A DNA stretch of 59,759 nt, filler included, from Platydemus manokwari (lineage: Eukaryota): the NCBI GenBank assembly GCA_037951405.1. It is 5 parts of 5 records of this genome, joined end to end, with 100 filler letters (N's around TTAATTAATTAA, not from the genome) between each part and the next. Parts side by side here need not be neighbours in the genome. Positions count along the whole stretch, not along the records: positions 41,254 to 49,966 come from JBBMOY011361538.1; positions 50,067 to 59,759 come from JBBMOY011216989.1; 3 more parts are not named here. The stretch is one strand, 5' to 3'. The notes below the pieces were generated by a model. The model was not told the origin of the DNA, made no database searches, and saw only the letters and a program-made list of their open reading frames with translations. The translations under genes were made by a program, and so were the position numbers. Below are positions 41,254-53,122 of the stretch, piece after piece (position 1 is the stretch's first letter; each line of letters begins with the position of its first letter).

Positions 41254-41718
41254 GGTTTTGTTGGTGTTGCTGGTGCTGTTGCTGGTGCCGGTGGTCGTGG
41301 TTGTGCTTGTGCTGGTGCTGGTGCTGCTGGTGCTGCTGGTGGTGGTGATTGTGCTGGTGCTGCTAGTGGTACTGGTGCTGATGGTGCTGGTGCATATACT
41401 GGTGGTGGTGGTGGTGCTTGTGGTGGTGGTCCTGCTGCTAGTCCTGGTGTTGTTGGTGCTTGTGGTGATAGTGGTTCTGATCGTGCTGGTGTTGGTGCTG
41501 TTGGTGCTGCTGGTGCTGGTAGAGGTGGCAGATATGGTAATGGGGATAGTGGTGATTTCTATCGTGGTTATGACAGGCCTGGTGCAGGTGTTGGCGGAGC
41601 AGGTGGTGCTGGAGGCTCTGATTATTTCCGTGGTGCAGGCCAAGGTGGATATGGACGTGGAATGGGTGGTAAATCAGTAGATAACCAGTCGTTTGCTCAG
41701 GATGGGATGTTCTTTTAA
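41254..41718 (+). CDS. 5'-truncated Gly/Ala-rich protein with RGG/YG tail (154 aa visible)
   Basis: The frame starting at 41254 is open to TAA 41716-41718: GFVGVAGAVAGAGGRGCACAGAGAAG...GAGRGGRYGNGDSGDFYRGYDRPGAG...DYFRGAGQGGYGRGMGG...; third codon positions are mostly T. Confidence 0.6.
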   Translation, partial: GFVGVAGAVAGAGGRGCACAGAGAAGAAGGGDCAGAASGTGADGAGAYTGGGGGACGGGPAASPGVVGACGDSGSDRAGVGAVGAAGAGRGGRYGNGDSGDFYRGYDRPGAGVGGAGGAGGSDYFRGAGQGGYGRGMGGKSVDNQSFAQDGMFF

Positions 41719-42259
41719 TGGTGAGTTCACACTGGTCATATGTTTTCATCACTAATTAAAATTTTGAATTATATCAACAGCTAATCTCTCTTTTCCACAA
41801 ATTTGTTGAATATGTCAGTCGTTTTAGAGCAGTTTAGCGAAAATTTATCATGACAAATTATGTACAGTTAGTTTCTAGTTTATTCCTTATTTTGTGATTG
41901 CAACTGACTGACGTGGCACTTTTAACTGATCTTATTTCTAATAAATCTAAAACAAAGCTTGTGAAGTTAAAAAATAAGCACCCCAACCTACATTGAGTGC
42001 ACTTTTGTTTTATATGCCTCTGGTAGTGCTAAAATGCTTCTTTGTCATCCTAGTTTTGAGTCACATTATCATTACTAAGACAAGTTTATTAAACCAGAAA
42101 TCTTACAAGAGCAGAAGCAATACTTCTAATAGATATGGCCTAGTTTAGTTTTCCTCTTTAGGCTGCAGGCATCTTGAGTCATTCAAAATGTTTCACTTTA
42201 GCAATTTCTGAGGAGATAGCATTAATTTTTATTAGTGCAAAGCGGTCTTCTGTGGATTA

Positions 42260-42630
42260 AGCCGGTTAATATTCTTGTTTTCGTACTCTTAGGTAAAGAA
42301 TTATATGATGACACAATCTCATTTGTGCGCACCAGTTAGCAGATCAAGCCTTGAAATGTAAACCAAGTTTCTTTATATTACGGAATTCTGATTTAATTTT
42401 TGGTCATTATTCTTAAGTTTATTTTCAACAAAATGTAAATAAAGTCTTCACTGTTTCTTATGGAACCACAACTCGGTTTGTAAAACTTATCAAATTCATC
42501 ATGTATAAATTTAATACATCACTGTTTAATAGCAATTTCAGAAAGGGCGTTGTCTTTATAGACACGGTGAATGTTTTTCACAACATTTGAGTTATTCGTT
42601 CATATAATGACAGTCGATGTTGTCTACATT
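42260..42630 (-). mobile_element. mariner transposase relic (N-terminal HTH region)
   Basis: VVKNIHRVYKDNALSEIAIKQ*CIKFIHDEFD...KPSCG, then KKLG/YISRLD and RILTG, matching mariner NI..VYG..ALS....WF.KF..G.F...PRSGRP / LG...RLD / RIITG. Confidence 0.7.
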
Positions 42631-43539
42631 CATTAATAATAATTGATATAATGTAACTCTGGTTGAAAATAATAACTGTGAATCTACTCGTCTCATTATT
42701 ATAAATAACACTATGAATATGTCTGATAATATCAATTTGTTAAGAATAGTTTCATCTAGTATTTTCTGATATTCTTATTTTATTTTCACTTGTTATTTCT
42801 GTATAGCTTGAATTATTAGAAATGCAATATCGATTTCGTGAACAATCTTGAGAAGTCGGATCTTATATTATCAATACATATTAGCTAAAAATTAAAAATA
42901 TTTTCAAAATTTTATCTGCCGAACACATTGTGTAACAATAAATAAACGCAACGATATTATTATTGTAATTAACATTTACTTTGATTAATAAAAATATTTT
43001 ATTTTGAAAAACAATATTTTGTTTTAATTGTCTATTTTTCACGTTTCCCGCGTTTTAAAAGGTTGTTTAAATTGAAAATTAATGAATTTATTTCTTCTTC
43101 ATTAAATTCTTTTCAAATGTGTCGAAAATTTTCTCTTGATATAGTTTTGCTCAATGGTTGATTAAGTTAATATCAGAAGGTTTAAGTTAAATCTGTACAT
43201 ATATAAATATGATGGAAATCGTTTAGATTTATCGAAAATATTGTTAAATTAGGCGCTTATTAAGATAAACATTAATTAAGCTATATTTAGAGTTGTTTAT
43301 TTATTTAAGATTTTAATACAATGAAACTTAACTGCCTATAATATCAATCGGAAATTTTCTCCACATCAGAGATTAAAAAATGATAAATCACTTTATATTA
43401 TCATTTATGTAACTAAATTGGTATATAGATTTGTTAGTTCTTTTGGAAAAGACTTTATATGTGTTTCCATAACCAATATTAATTATCTGGATCGTATATA
43501 CAATTCTGATAATGGAGAAAATTCTAAATTAATGGCATT

Positions 43540-43660
43540 TACTAGCACAATTAAGATAAATAAGAGTAAAAATATAATAATTGATATTCTATTAGATAAC
43601 GCTTCAATCAATAAATCCTTTGTGAAAAAATTAAACATCGATATTTTGAAATATCATTGT
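43540..43660 (+). mobile_element. possible retroelement aspartic protease relic
   Basis: IKINKSKNIIIDILLDNASINKSFVKKLNI resembles LLD(T/S)GAS...FV.KL, but the catalytic DTG is broken. Confidence 0.22.
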
Positions 43661-43849
43661 GATTGTAATTTCCAATTATATCTATACCACTTTTTATGAA
43701 GCCGTTTGAATAACTTCTTTAATAATGGATATTAAATATAATTGGAGTCGTATTTTAATTTTTTTATAATGCATTGTTTTTTGAAAAGTGAAGACTGCGA
43801 CCACATTTATGGTTTAAAAAATTATATGTGATCTGCAATCAATAAATGA

Positions 43850-44082
43850 GCCCTTGATTATGAAAGTGGTATAAGTCATTTCAACCTTTCAAAACCAAAT
43901 TTCCATTTAAAAATGGTAATAAATTTCACAATCATATTAAATGCTGAATTACCGGCGATAATTAATTGTCAAAATATTTCATTCTATAATACACAAATAT
44001 TTTTTAATTCTTTAACATGCCAAATCCCTTAATATCTCCAAACAAGAAATATATGACTTATACCACTTTCATAATCAAGGGC
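43850..44082. mobile_element. MITE with perfect 30-bp terminal inverted repeats
   Basis: GCCCTTGATTATGAAAGTGGTATAAGTCAT (43850-43879) is the exact reverse complement of 44053-44082; the IR extends imperfectly outward. Confidence 0.85.
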
Positions 44083-44536
44083 ACATTTCAATGATTTTAT
44101 TTGATTATTTAATTAAATTTATTCTTAGGATGATCAATTATTTCATTTTTTATGGTTATATGCCTCTTCTTAAATATGATTAGAATAATGTTTATGATTT
44201 TCTTGATTTAAGAAACATAGGTTTGAATTAGCAGGTATTTTTATGTAACAGATTAGTTTTTACTGTGCTTTAATACACCAAATGAATATAGGAGTTTGGT
44301 GTGATTCATAGACTGTTTTCATTATTAAATTCTCCTTTTTGCAATATAAATAGCCATTTTAAACAATATAATGCAGTATTTAACGTATAATTTGTTTTAC
44401 GTATTTTTCTCTGACATTAATAGTTAAATATAATTCATATTTAATTTCCACAGTGAAAATGTGTATTTCAGAATATTGAATTTAAGATTCTAAAACAACT
44501 GTTGAGATAACACTTATAAGTTATTTTAAAATCTAG

Positions 44537-47500
44537 ATAGAAGAATTCACAGTTTCAGAAGAATTGATGGGTTTATCAATTGGATCTCAAGGTAGTAATA
44601 TCAAAAAGGCTAGAGAATTGGAAGGTGTAATAAATATCGATCTTGATGATCACACACATACATTTACAATTTCCGCACAGGTTTCTTTTTTCAGAGTAGA
44701 TCATCGGTATTAATCATATCTAGACTGCAGAGGCTGCAAAATCAGCACGTGCCCAACTCGAGTACATGAAAAAAATCTATTATGTACCGATGGATATTGT
44801 ATCAAAAATCATAGGTCGTAGTGGTAATCAAATCCAAGATATAATTGATCAGTCCGGTGTGATGCGGGTTAGAGTTGTGGAAGGTCCCGATCTAAGTAAT
44901 TGGAAAGATGAGGAAAATAAGCATTTGTTGGTAGATCATGTTCCTTTCATTTTTGTCGGTAGCAGCAACAGCATCCGTGATGCTTGCCTTTTGTTAGAAT
45001 TTAGTATTGATCATCATCGTGAAATGGATCGATTACAGAAAGAACGTGACGAAATTCATCGTGAAATTCGTAACAGCAAAGTCACAACTAATACTAATTT
45101 TAAATATGCAAAGTATGTTGTTTTGATATTTTATTTATTGATAAATTTTCTTCTCATTATTTCTCATGATCAGTAAGTTTGTTTTTACTATTTAATATAT
45201 TTCCCTTTAAAAAGATTTATAAATAATATAATAAAGTAGTATCTCAGCAATATTTTAATGTTCGAAATAAATTCTTCATTTTGAAGCATTAAATAGTCAT
45301 TGTTAATGTTGAAAATAATATAAAGTGATATATTTATGTAAATTGTTGACATTTGGCCCATTTTTAATAGTGAATGAAATCATTTGGATATTTATTAAAC
45401 AGATAATGACAACCACATTTTCTTCTTATGTGTTTTTCGTTCCAACTTCAATAAAGAAATTGTAATTTCATTCCATTAATCTTATTTACTGTTAATATAC
45501 AATAATGCAATTTTATTTGACAATTTACACTTGGCACGGTTTAATCATTACTGAATAAGATTGATTTTCAGTGGTTTTTTCATTGTCAAACTGATTGGCA
45601 ATTGTGACCTACAAGTCGATTCATATGATGTTTTAAATACAAATTAATATTATAAGAATCTCTCTCCATAAAAACTTAGCTCAATTGTCTCATTACTTAT
45701 TATAATATAATGAATTTCTGAACAAGGAGTATTTAAATTTAATCATATATAAATAGTCATTCATTTAATAAATACTAAACCAAATCACTGGTTTCGATAT
45801 GTCTAACTTGTTTGATTTTTTAAAATATTAAATACTTTATCAGATATGAGTTTCCTTAAAAATTAAAGTAAATAAGTCATAACATATGTATAGACAATAT
45901 GTTATATTTGGTGATTTGTATTTATAACGATATATTTTTGTTATTTATTTTCTTACCTTTACTTATTATTTGATGATTAAGACTTGTTTAATTATCTTTA
46001 TTTGTTTTGAAAAATTATTTAAGCAAGGCATTTAATTTGAAACATATTTTATCAATACAATGAAAATAGAAATATTTCAATAAAGTGTAATAGAATATTT
46101 TATATTTTAGTAAATGAACAAATTATTAATGAAAACATTGGTGGAATATCAATTTATTTTTAACGTTCATTTGGAAAATATTATTAGTCCATAGCGAAAT
46201 ATTATTACAGTACTTAATAATTGGAAAATGCTATGACAAAATGAAATTTACATTATTTTTATATATGCCGATTTTAGGTCTAAAAATAATTGGAATGATA
46301 ATAAATTTATTTGTTGTGGAATTATAATATTGTTTATTGTTTGAACAGATAATATTACTAATATTTCTGGATATCTGACTTCGATTTAATTGGAGTCTAA
46401 AATTTTCAAATTTGAATAAATAATCATGATTTATTTCTTAACATCAATATTATTTTGGTAATTATCTGTTATTTATTTCTGTTTTTAAGCCATAGTGCCA
46501 GTGAAAAAGAGGACGACCATTTTATTCCATCTAACAGACCGTTTAATTCTCGTGGAAGAAATCGTGGAAGAGGAATGTATAAAAATGTTTCCAATTCAGA
46601 TATTGAACATAATGATGGTTATGTTGACGAAACGTCAAACTATCGAACAAATCCCCGTAATGGATCATATAGAAGAGGAGTTAATAATTTTAGACAGGGC
46701 TCACTTCCTCCAAATGGAGCTAACGGACAGCAAAATGGTTGTTATTCATATTTTATTATTTTAACTTTTATTCATATTTCTAACATTGAAGTTATGAGGA
46801 GCCAAAAACTTCTATTTGGTTTATTGGTTATGGCGAGTTAACGAAAAATCTTTTTTTACAAAAATTCACTAAACTTTCTTGCTTTTCTATAATGGCATAT
46901 GATATCAAAATACTTAATTAACGCTTGTTAAAAATATTAATTACAAAGTGATATTTAAAATTTAGAAATCATACATTGCTTACTATGTTTATCGAAAAAA
47001 AATGGCGAAAATATTTACAGAATTTTTTCATTTTAGTGAATGTGTATGTGCTAGAAACTTGGCTTTAATTTTTAATATTCCATACGATAGGTTTTATAAA
47101 AAGATCTTTAATGTTGTATTCATTTATTATTCAGCATGAAGTGATAAAATAGAGTTATAATAAATTTCATTAAATTCATTTTTTTTATTTTATATGCTTA
47201 TTAATTTTGATGATCTTATCATTAAAATGCGAAATAAATTTTTATGTGCTATGAATATATTATATTTTTAAATAGAATCTTCCATTAAATTTTCCAATAA
47301 TTTCGGTTTTTTGGTTAGTTTTAAAGAATTATCTTATTTTATAAGAAATTTGCTATGAAACTACCGAATAAATGTGTATATATTTTTAAACATCTGAATG
47401 GAAGCTGTTTAAATCAGTTTGTCTTGAATTGTGAGAATAATGATTATCACCCAAGATTTATCGGCTCGACTTTTATCTTCCAATATTTTCTCTATTGAGT

Positions 47501-48055
47501 AACAGTACAAGGAAAAAAGGTCACGACGTTTATGATTCCTGCAATGTTTTAATTAAAATTTATGTAAAACAATGTATACGCAATAGTTACCATCTGCTGT
47601 TCCAATGATTTTTTGCATATTTTTATATTCTTATATTAATAATAATTTTTATTAATGAGGATAAATTGTATGCGCTACAATCTGAAATTCGGCTTCCTAC
47701 ATATGATTAATATATGTTTCGTGATCCATATTCCTCATTTCTATGTCAAGTAACATTACAAGTTTATATTTCACTAGGAAACAGAAGATTTCATCAATTT
47801 GAAGATGATACTGATGAATATACATCAGCTACCAATGAATCGGAAAATGGTCGTATAAATAGTAATACTCGAAATGGATCTGCAAATCAAAAATTTCGAG
47901 GGAATAAAAACCGCGGAAGAGGTCGCAATAATAATTATTACCAAAAAGGGCCGAAAAATTCTACTGAGAACATTCAGCAAACTAATAATCAAAAAAATCA
48001 AGTTGAATATGAAGAAATTCATGATCATAATGCAGAAAATTTTGACAAATGTTAG
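44537..48055 (+). CDS. FMR1: fragile X protein family (FMR1/FXR) KH1-KH2 and RG-rich tail, 5'-partial; exons 44537-44680, 44724-45112, 46490-46737, 47778-48055
   Basis: EEFTVSEELMGLSIGSQGSNIKKARELEGVINIDLDDHTHTFTI / AKSARAQLEY..YVPMDIVSKIIGRSGNQIQDIIDQSGVMRVRV...VPFIFVGSSNSIRDACLLLEF...MDRLQKERDEI match FMR1 KH1, KH2 and the following helix. Intron phases 0, 2 and 1 are mutually consistent; the last two exons are less certain. Confidence 0.92.
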
Positions 48056-49834
48056 GATTGTGCTCATTTTGTGTATCGGTTTTTCACTTGTATGTATGCT
48101 AAAACATTTCCTGTTCCCTTATGGTATATCGAATTAGTTTTAAATTGTTACTAGCATAAAATGGAGGTTCTACTCTGACTAGATTTGCTGAAGCTTTATT
48201 ATTTGTTTCATAATATATAAAGTATTGATTTTATGCTTGATTTGAGCGAAAAACATTGAATGTATAACAAATTTGCCATTACATGTTAATATATCCAGAT
48301 AATATATGTTTGACAAGTTTCACTGTGTTTGCTGTTAAGTTTTATTTATGAAGTATTCAACTGACTTATTGATCCTAACATCTAGCTATTTGATTGCAAA
48401 TTGAATATATGAAATATAAATAATATTCTGTTAATTTATGTCATGGATATTAGTTTTGTCTTTGGAATTCATCTAACTATTTTCCTTTAAATTATTATTT
48501 CTTATTTTGCCAATGTGTAAATTCAAAATTTCGGTTTTAGAAAATTAAGTTTGTTAAAATGCAGTTGGTATTTTGTTTATATTCTCTGTTGTTTATGTTA
48601 TGAAATTGTAAACTAAGGACTGATTACCAGAATTCTAAAATACGTGCAAAAGAATTGATAAAGTGGCTTATAACTCCACTGTAATGATATTTTAAGAAAT
48701 TAAACTATTTTTGCAAGGTGAATAAATTCAAAGGCCTTTATATGAATGGTATTTAGATTTATCGATTTTGAATTAGCTTATGGTAGTTATTGATATTAAA
48801 AAGGGATACTTTCTTCATATTCGTGATATTAATTTGAAATCGAAATGTAATAGATGTAGTCATCAAACGTGGCCATCGAAATTTGATAAATAATTACATA
48901 TGGATTGTTAAGTTAGTTTTGTTTTTGAATATTAATTAAAAGGTAAGATTAATTTACCTACTAAAGATTCCAAGAATTTCGGTAATCATCAAAGTTGTCA
49001 ATTAAAAAAAAAGTTCCTAAAGTAGATGAGAATATAAAATTTTTTTTAAACTAAACTTGTGATGAAAATCTCATTAATGAGGTTATAACTTGTTTTCAAA
49101 TCAGTCTCGAAAAGTAGTTTATCCTTACAATTTGAGGAAAATGTTAAATAACTTTGGAGGTATATTTAATCCAGTAGATTTGGTGGAACAAATGTGAAAT
49201 GAAAATTGGGTTCATTATCAGTCTATGGCCATATAATTATACTGAATTTTGGAATAATTCCATTCACAAATCCCTTATGATTTTTACAAAATTACAATAA
49301 CCATTTTAAATATCTTTGGAAAATTTGCCTCACAAGAATTGACGGTAAATATAATTTTAGGATATTATATGTGATATTTTTAATGGAGTATCCGAAACTT
49401 TTGAAAGCATTCATGAATATCTCTTTAACTACAGGAATTTTTAAAACCCAAATAGACTCAAACTTTCAAATGATATCTAAGGCTATACAAGATTCACAGT
49501 AACAGAAGAAACATTTATTTTGTTACTAAAGGGAGAAGTATAAAACAACGAATAGAAAATTTTAGATGTTTAAGATTACAGGTCTGGGATTTCAGCTTTA
49601 TTCATTTTCACAGAATATCGACTTTCTTTAAACAGAAAAGTTAGAACTTAAAGCATATATTAAATCAAAAGAGAATTTACAAAAATATTGTAAAACTATT
49701 AACAAAACAATAAATTTTACAAAATGAAAAGATAATTTAAGTTTTGGAAAGAAATATTAAGCAAATAAAATGGGAGTTAAACTTATTTTAAATAATTTAG
49801 TTTACGGATGGCGAATTTAAAAGATGTTCAATGA

Positions 49835-49966
49835 TATTAGGGTGAACCAAAAGTTCTTTCCGATTTTCTACATCATTTTGTCCAATTGTTTTTTTACCAA
49901 ATGAAGATGTTTTATATACATGTGTTATATATATTTTTAAAGCTCTTGAGCTGCTTTATCATAATA
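49835..49966 (+). mobile_element. possible mariner-type MITE end, truncated by the gap
   Basis: TATTAGGGTGAACCAAAAGTTCTTTCCGATTTT resembles TA plus a mariner TIR (TTAGGTTGGTGCAAAAGT..TTGCGGTTTT). Confidence 0.3.
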
Positions 49967-50066
49967 NNNNNNNNNNNNNNNNNNNNNNNNNNNNNNNNNN
50001 NNNNNNNNNNTTAATTAATTAANNNNNNNNNNNNNNNNNNNNNNNNNNNNNNNNNNNNNNNNNNNN
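49967..50066. other. assembly spacer N44-TTAATTAATTAA-N44
   Basis: Same artificial linker. Confidence 0.97.
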
Positions 50067-50199
50067 GTTTATACAAACGGTATTGGAGTGGCTTTGGAGT
50101 GTGCTAGTTTGGATTTGAAATTAATTGCTGCAATATGTTGTAAGTGGTAATTAGGTCAAAAAAAGTATCCATCAGGCATCGAATTATGATGTGGAGGAT
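50067..50199 (+). repeat. 133-bp direct duplication, copy 1
   Basis: Identical to 52990-53122 except one base that I could see (GTAAGTGG vs GTAATTGG). Confidence 0.92.
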
Positions 50200-52989
50200 G
50201 AATATAATTCAATGTTTATCTCATAATTGTTTGGTTTTCATTTTTTTCTGTTTTATAAGTGAAACTAAAAATTATTATTTTAATTTTAAGCTTTTCTTGT
50301 ATTATTGAAAATCATCATTTTACAAAAAATATTTTTTCAATATTTCTATAAATTTAATATTATAAATTTTAAATTAATCAAATAATCTTTATCTTACGAA
50401 CATATACGTTATATATAATAAGAAAATATCACAAATTTTCAAATACTCGTCAAAGATCTTAATAATACCTTTGTAAATACTTTATGATATTATTAATTTT
50501 TACCGCAATAACTATTGCAATCCCCCTTTAATACGAATATGAAATAATTATGTTGATATTTGTTAATATTTATACAAAAAGACTTTATAAAATATATAAT
50601 TAAAAACCATCTGATTTCAGGAATTCTTCTTTTATAACTTTTTTTAATGGTAGCCTTTTTTGTGAACAGACTCGATCAGGTTTTTCTTATTCATTCTTAT
50701 TCAAATTTGCACATCATATTAAAATTGTACATTTGGATAAAAAATATAACTTAGAGATCAATTTACTATGTTTTGAAGTCAATATTGTTGCGCTCAACAC
50801 CATATTGACCTAAAATATATAATTTTTATATTTTCATTTCTGTCATGGTTTTAAGTATCATATTTTCAGTACTGATTTGGTGTTTGAATAGTCCTAAGTT
50901 AAGTGTTGAATAAAAGTACATTGTACTCATAGTATAAGAATATCTAATATTGCGAAATATTTAAATCGTCTCTATCTACTTAGACAATGTACCGAGTCCT
51001 TTTATATAGTAGATAGGTAATATACTTTTCGAAGTTGCATACAAAAAAATTCACAAAATTGTCAATTAATTATGAAAAACCTCTCAATTGATTTAAAAGG
51101 GTCACAATAATAGTCGTAAAGAAATTTTTAAAGACGCCAATACATATAAATTATTTATAATAAATATACCTTCTTTAAACCGATTTTCCACATACCGTCA
51201 ATTGTTTGTCATTATTGTTTTTTTAATTTTTTTGTTACAGAATGAAATCAAGCTCAGGCTCAACAATATCATACCTATCATCATCCTTATATCAGAAGAT
51301 CAAGCCCAAATCGCCTCAATCAACATCCTCAAATCAAAGTCTATAATGGAAGGTCGACATGGTTGAATGGCAATTTTATTTTACTTTTTGCGATCATTTT
51401 GGAATTATCTGATTAATCTTACCTTTTGTGAATCTGATTATTTGATCTTGAATGATTTTAATTTATTTATGTGAAAAATTGTATATAAAAAGAAAAAAAA
51501 TTAGAAAACTACAAATTATATATCAAAACAATAAAACCACGATAATTGAGAAACAATATTAATAATAATTATTATTATTTTGAGGAATAATAATAATATT
51601 AAAAGTTATAATGAAGAATAATAAAAAAAATTATAATTATTGGTGGAAATTAATTAATTAAACGTGGGCGTATTTGTGGTCGAAATTTGAAATTTTAAAT
51701 GTAGGAGAAAAAGGAAAATATTATGAATGATACGGGTGAAAAATAAATTAATAATATTAATCTAGGTGGATTTGAAAAATAATTTCAATATTCAATAAGG
51801 AAAAAGAAAATAATAATCTAAAACGATTATGCATAATCTGTCCTAGAAAACACTATATAAGAAGTGGAAACATCACTAATTTCAGTCTCACAAAAATTAC
51901 TAGAAGGACTAGACGAACTAAACAATTTTAAGCGAAATAATATCAGAATCACCATTTAATTTTGTATGGATTCAAAAACATAATTTCCAATTCACCCCAT
52001 GAAATTGATGAAAAGCTTATAAAAATGAATGTTCCTGAGTTTAGGAGAAATTATTTACCTTCTTGGTGTCACTACTGAGTGCTTTGTAACATTGTACAGA
52101 ATACCTCTACTTTACTATGCTACTAGACCGCGAAATGTGAATACTGAAACAATTCTTCATGGCTAGCTTAAATAGAAAATAAATTTTAAAGGGTAACTTG
52201 AAGGGTCAACTGCTTTGTTAGTGAAAGTTAATTTTTATGCTCATTTATTTATGCTCAAAGTTTCGAGGTCTCTGTATCGGTTTTTTGTTGGTTTGTTCTC
52301 GGTTTCTTAAAATAACCTAAATTGATTATAATAATATAATAATAATTTAATAATAATATTAAAATAATCTAAAACTCTTCATTAATTTATTCAATATCTA
52401 CTTGAAGAATTGGGATAAAAAAAATTTTTGTGTTTATTTGTATATTTTTTGCCGTTTTTTCCACTAAATTTTAAAATATTAATGTTTAGATCATCTTGTT
52501 ATTCAAGATCTTCTAATAAACTAATTAGAATACACATTAAACTGGTTCTAAAAATTAATGTATTAAAATTAATGTCTTTTTTACAAATGAAAGACGTCAA
52601 AGAAATAACTGGAAAACAGTTGACAACTAAATTTCAAAGACCATTAAAACAAATATCATGAAAATCAAGCATAGATTTAAAAAATTTCTCTCAAATAATT
52701 TTGCGAAATTTTAGAAAAAGAAATCGATAAATCTTTTTATCCATTAAAAGCTTTGTTTTTAAAATTAAAAAAAATGAAAATAAACTTCTGGAAAAAATGT
52801 AAATAAAATGAGAATTTTCAAAAATCATAATTGGTATTTTAGATAATTAATAAATCCATATCTGCTTCACAAAGAACTAAACCCAGCTGAGCTTTCCCGA
52901 GTAATAAATATGTTATGAGAGCGGGAAATATTTTATTGATTTTTTAGTAAAATAAAGAATTTCAGTTTTTTCGAATTATTTGAATTGAC

Positions 52990-53122
52990 GTTTATACAAA
53001 CGGTATTGGAGTGGCTTTGGAGTGTGCTAGTTTGGATTTGAAATTAATTGCTGCAATATGTTGTAATTGGTAATTAGGTCAAAAAAAGTATCCATCAGGC
53101 ATCGAATTATGATGTGGAGGAT
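52990..53122 (+). repeat. 133-bp direct duplication, copy 2
   Basis: Near-identical to 50067-50199. Confidence 0.92.

Noticed and set aside
41206-41752. Poly-Thr, poly-Val/Leu and poly-His/Gln ORFs
   Set aside because: Shadow frames of GGT/GCT codon repeats; the near-invariant T falls at codon position 3 only in the Gly (+) or Pro (-) frames.
46495-48137. ORFs 46495-46764, 47825-48067, 47874-48137
   Set aside because: They overlap the FMR1 tail exons in other frames or on the other strand.
51241-51415. Possible exon after a strong TTTTTTGTTACAG acceptor
   Set aside because: Several frames are briefly open, with no recognisable product or partner exon.
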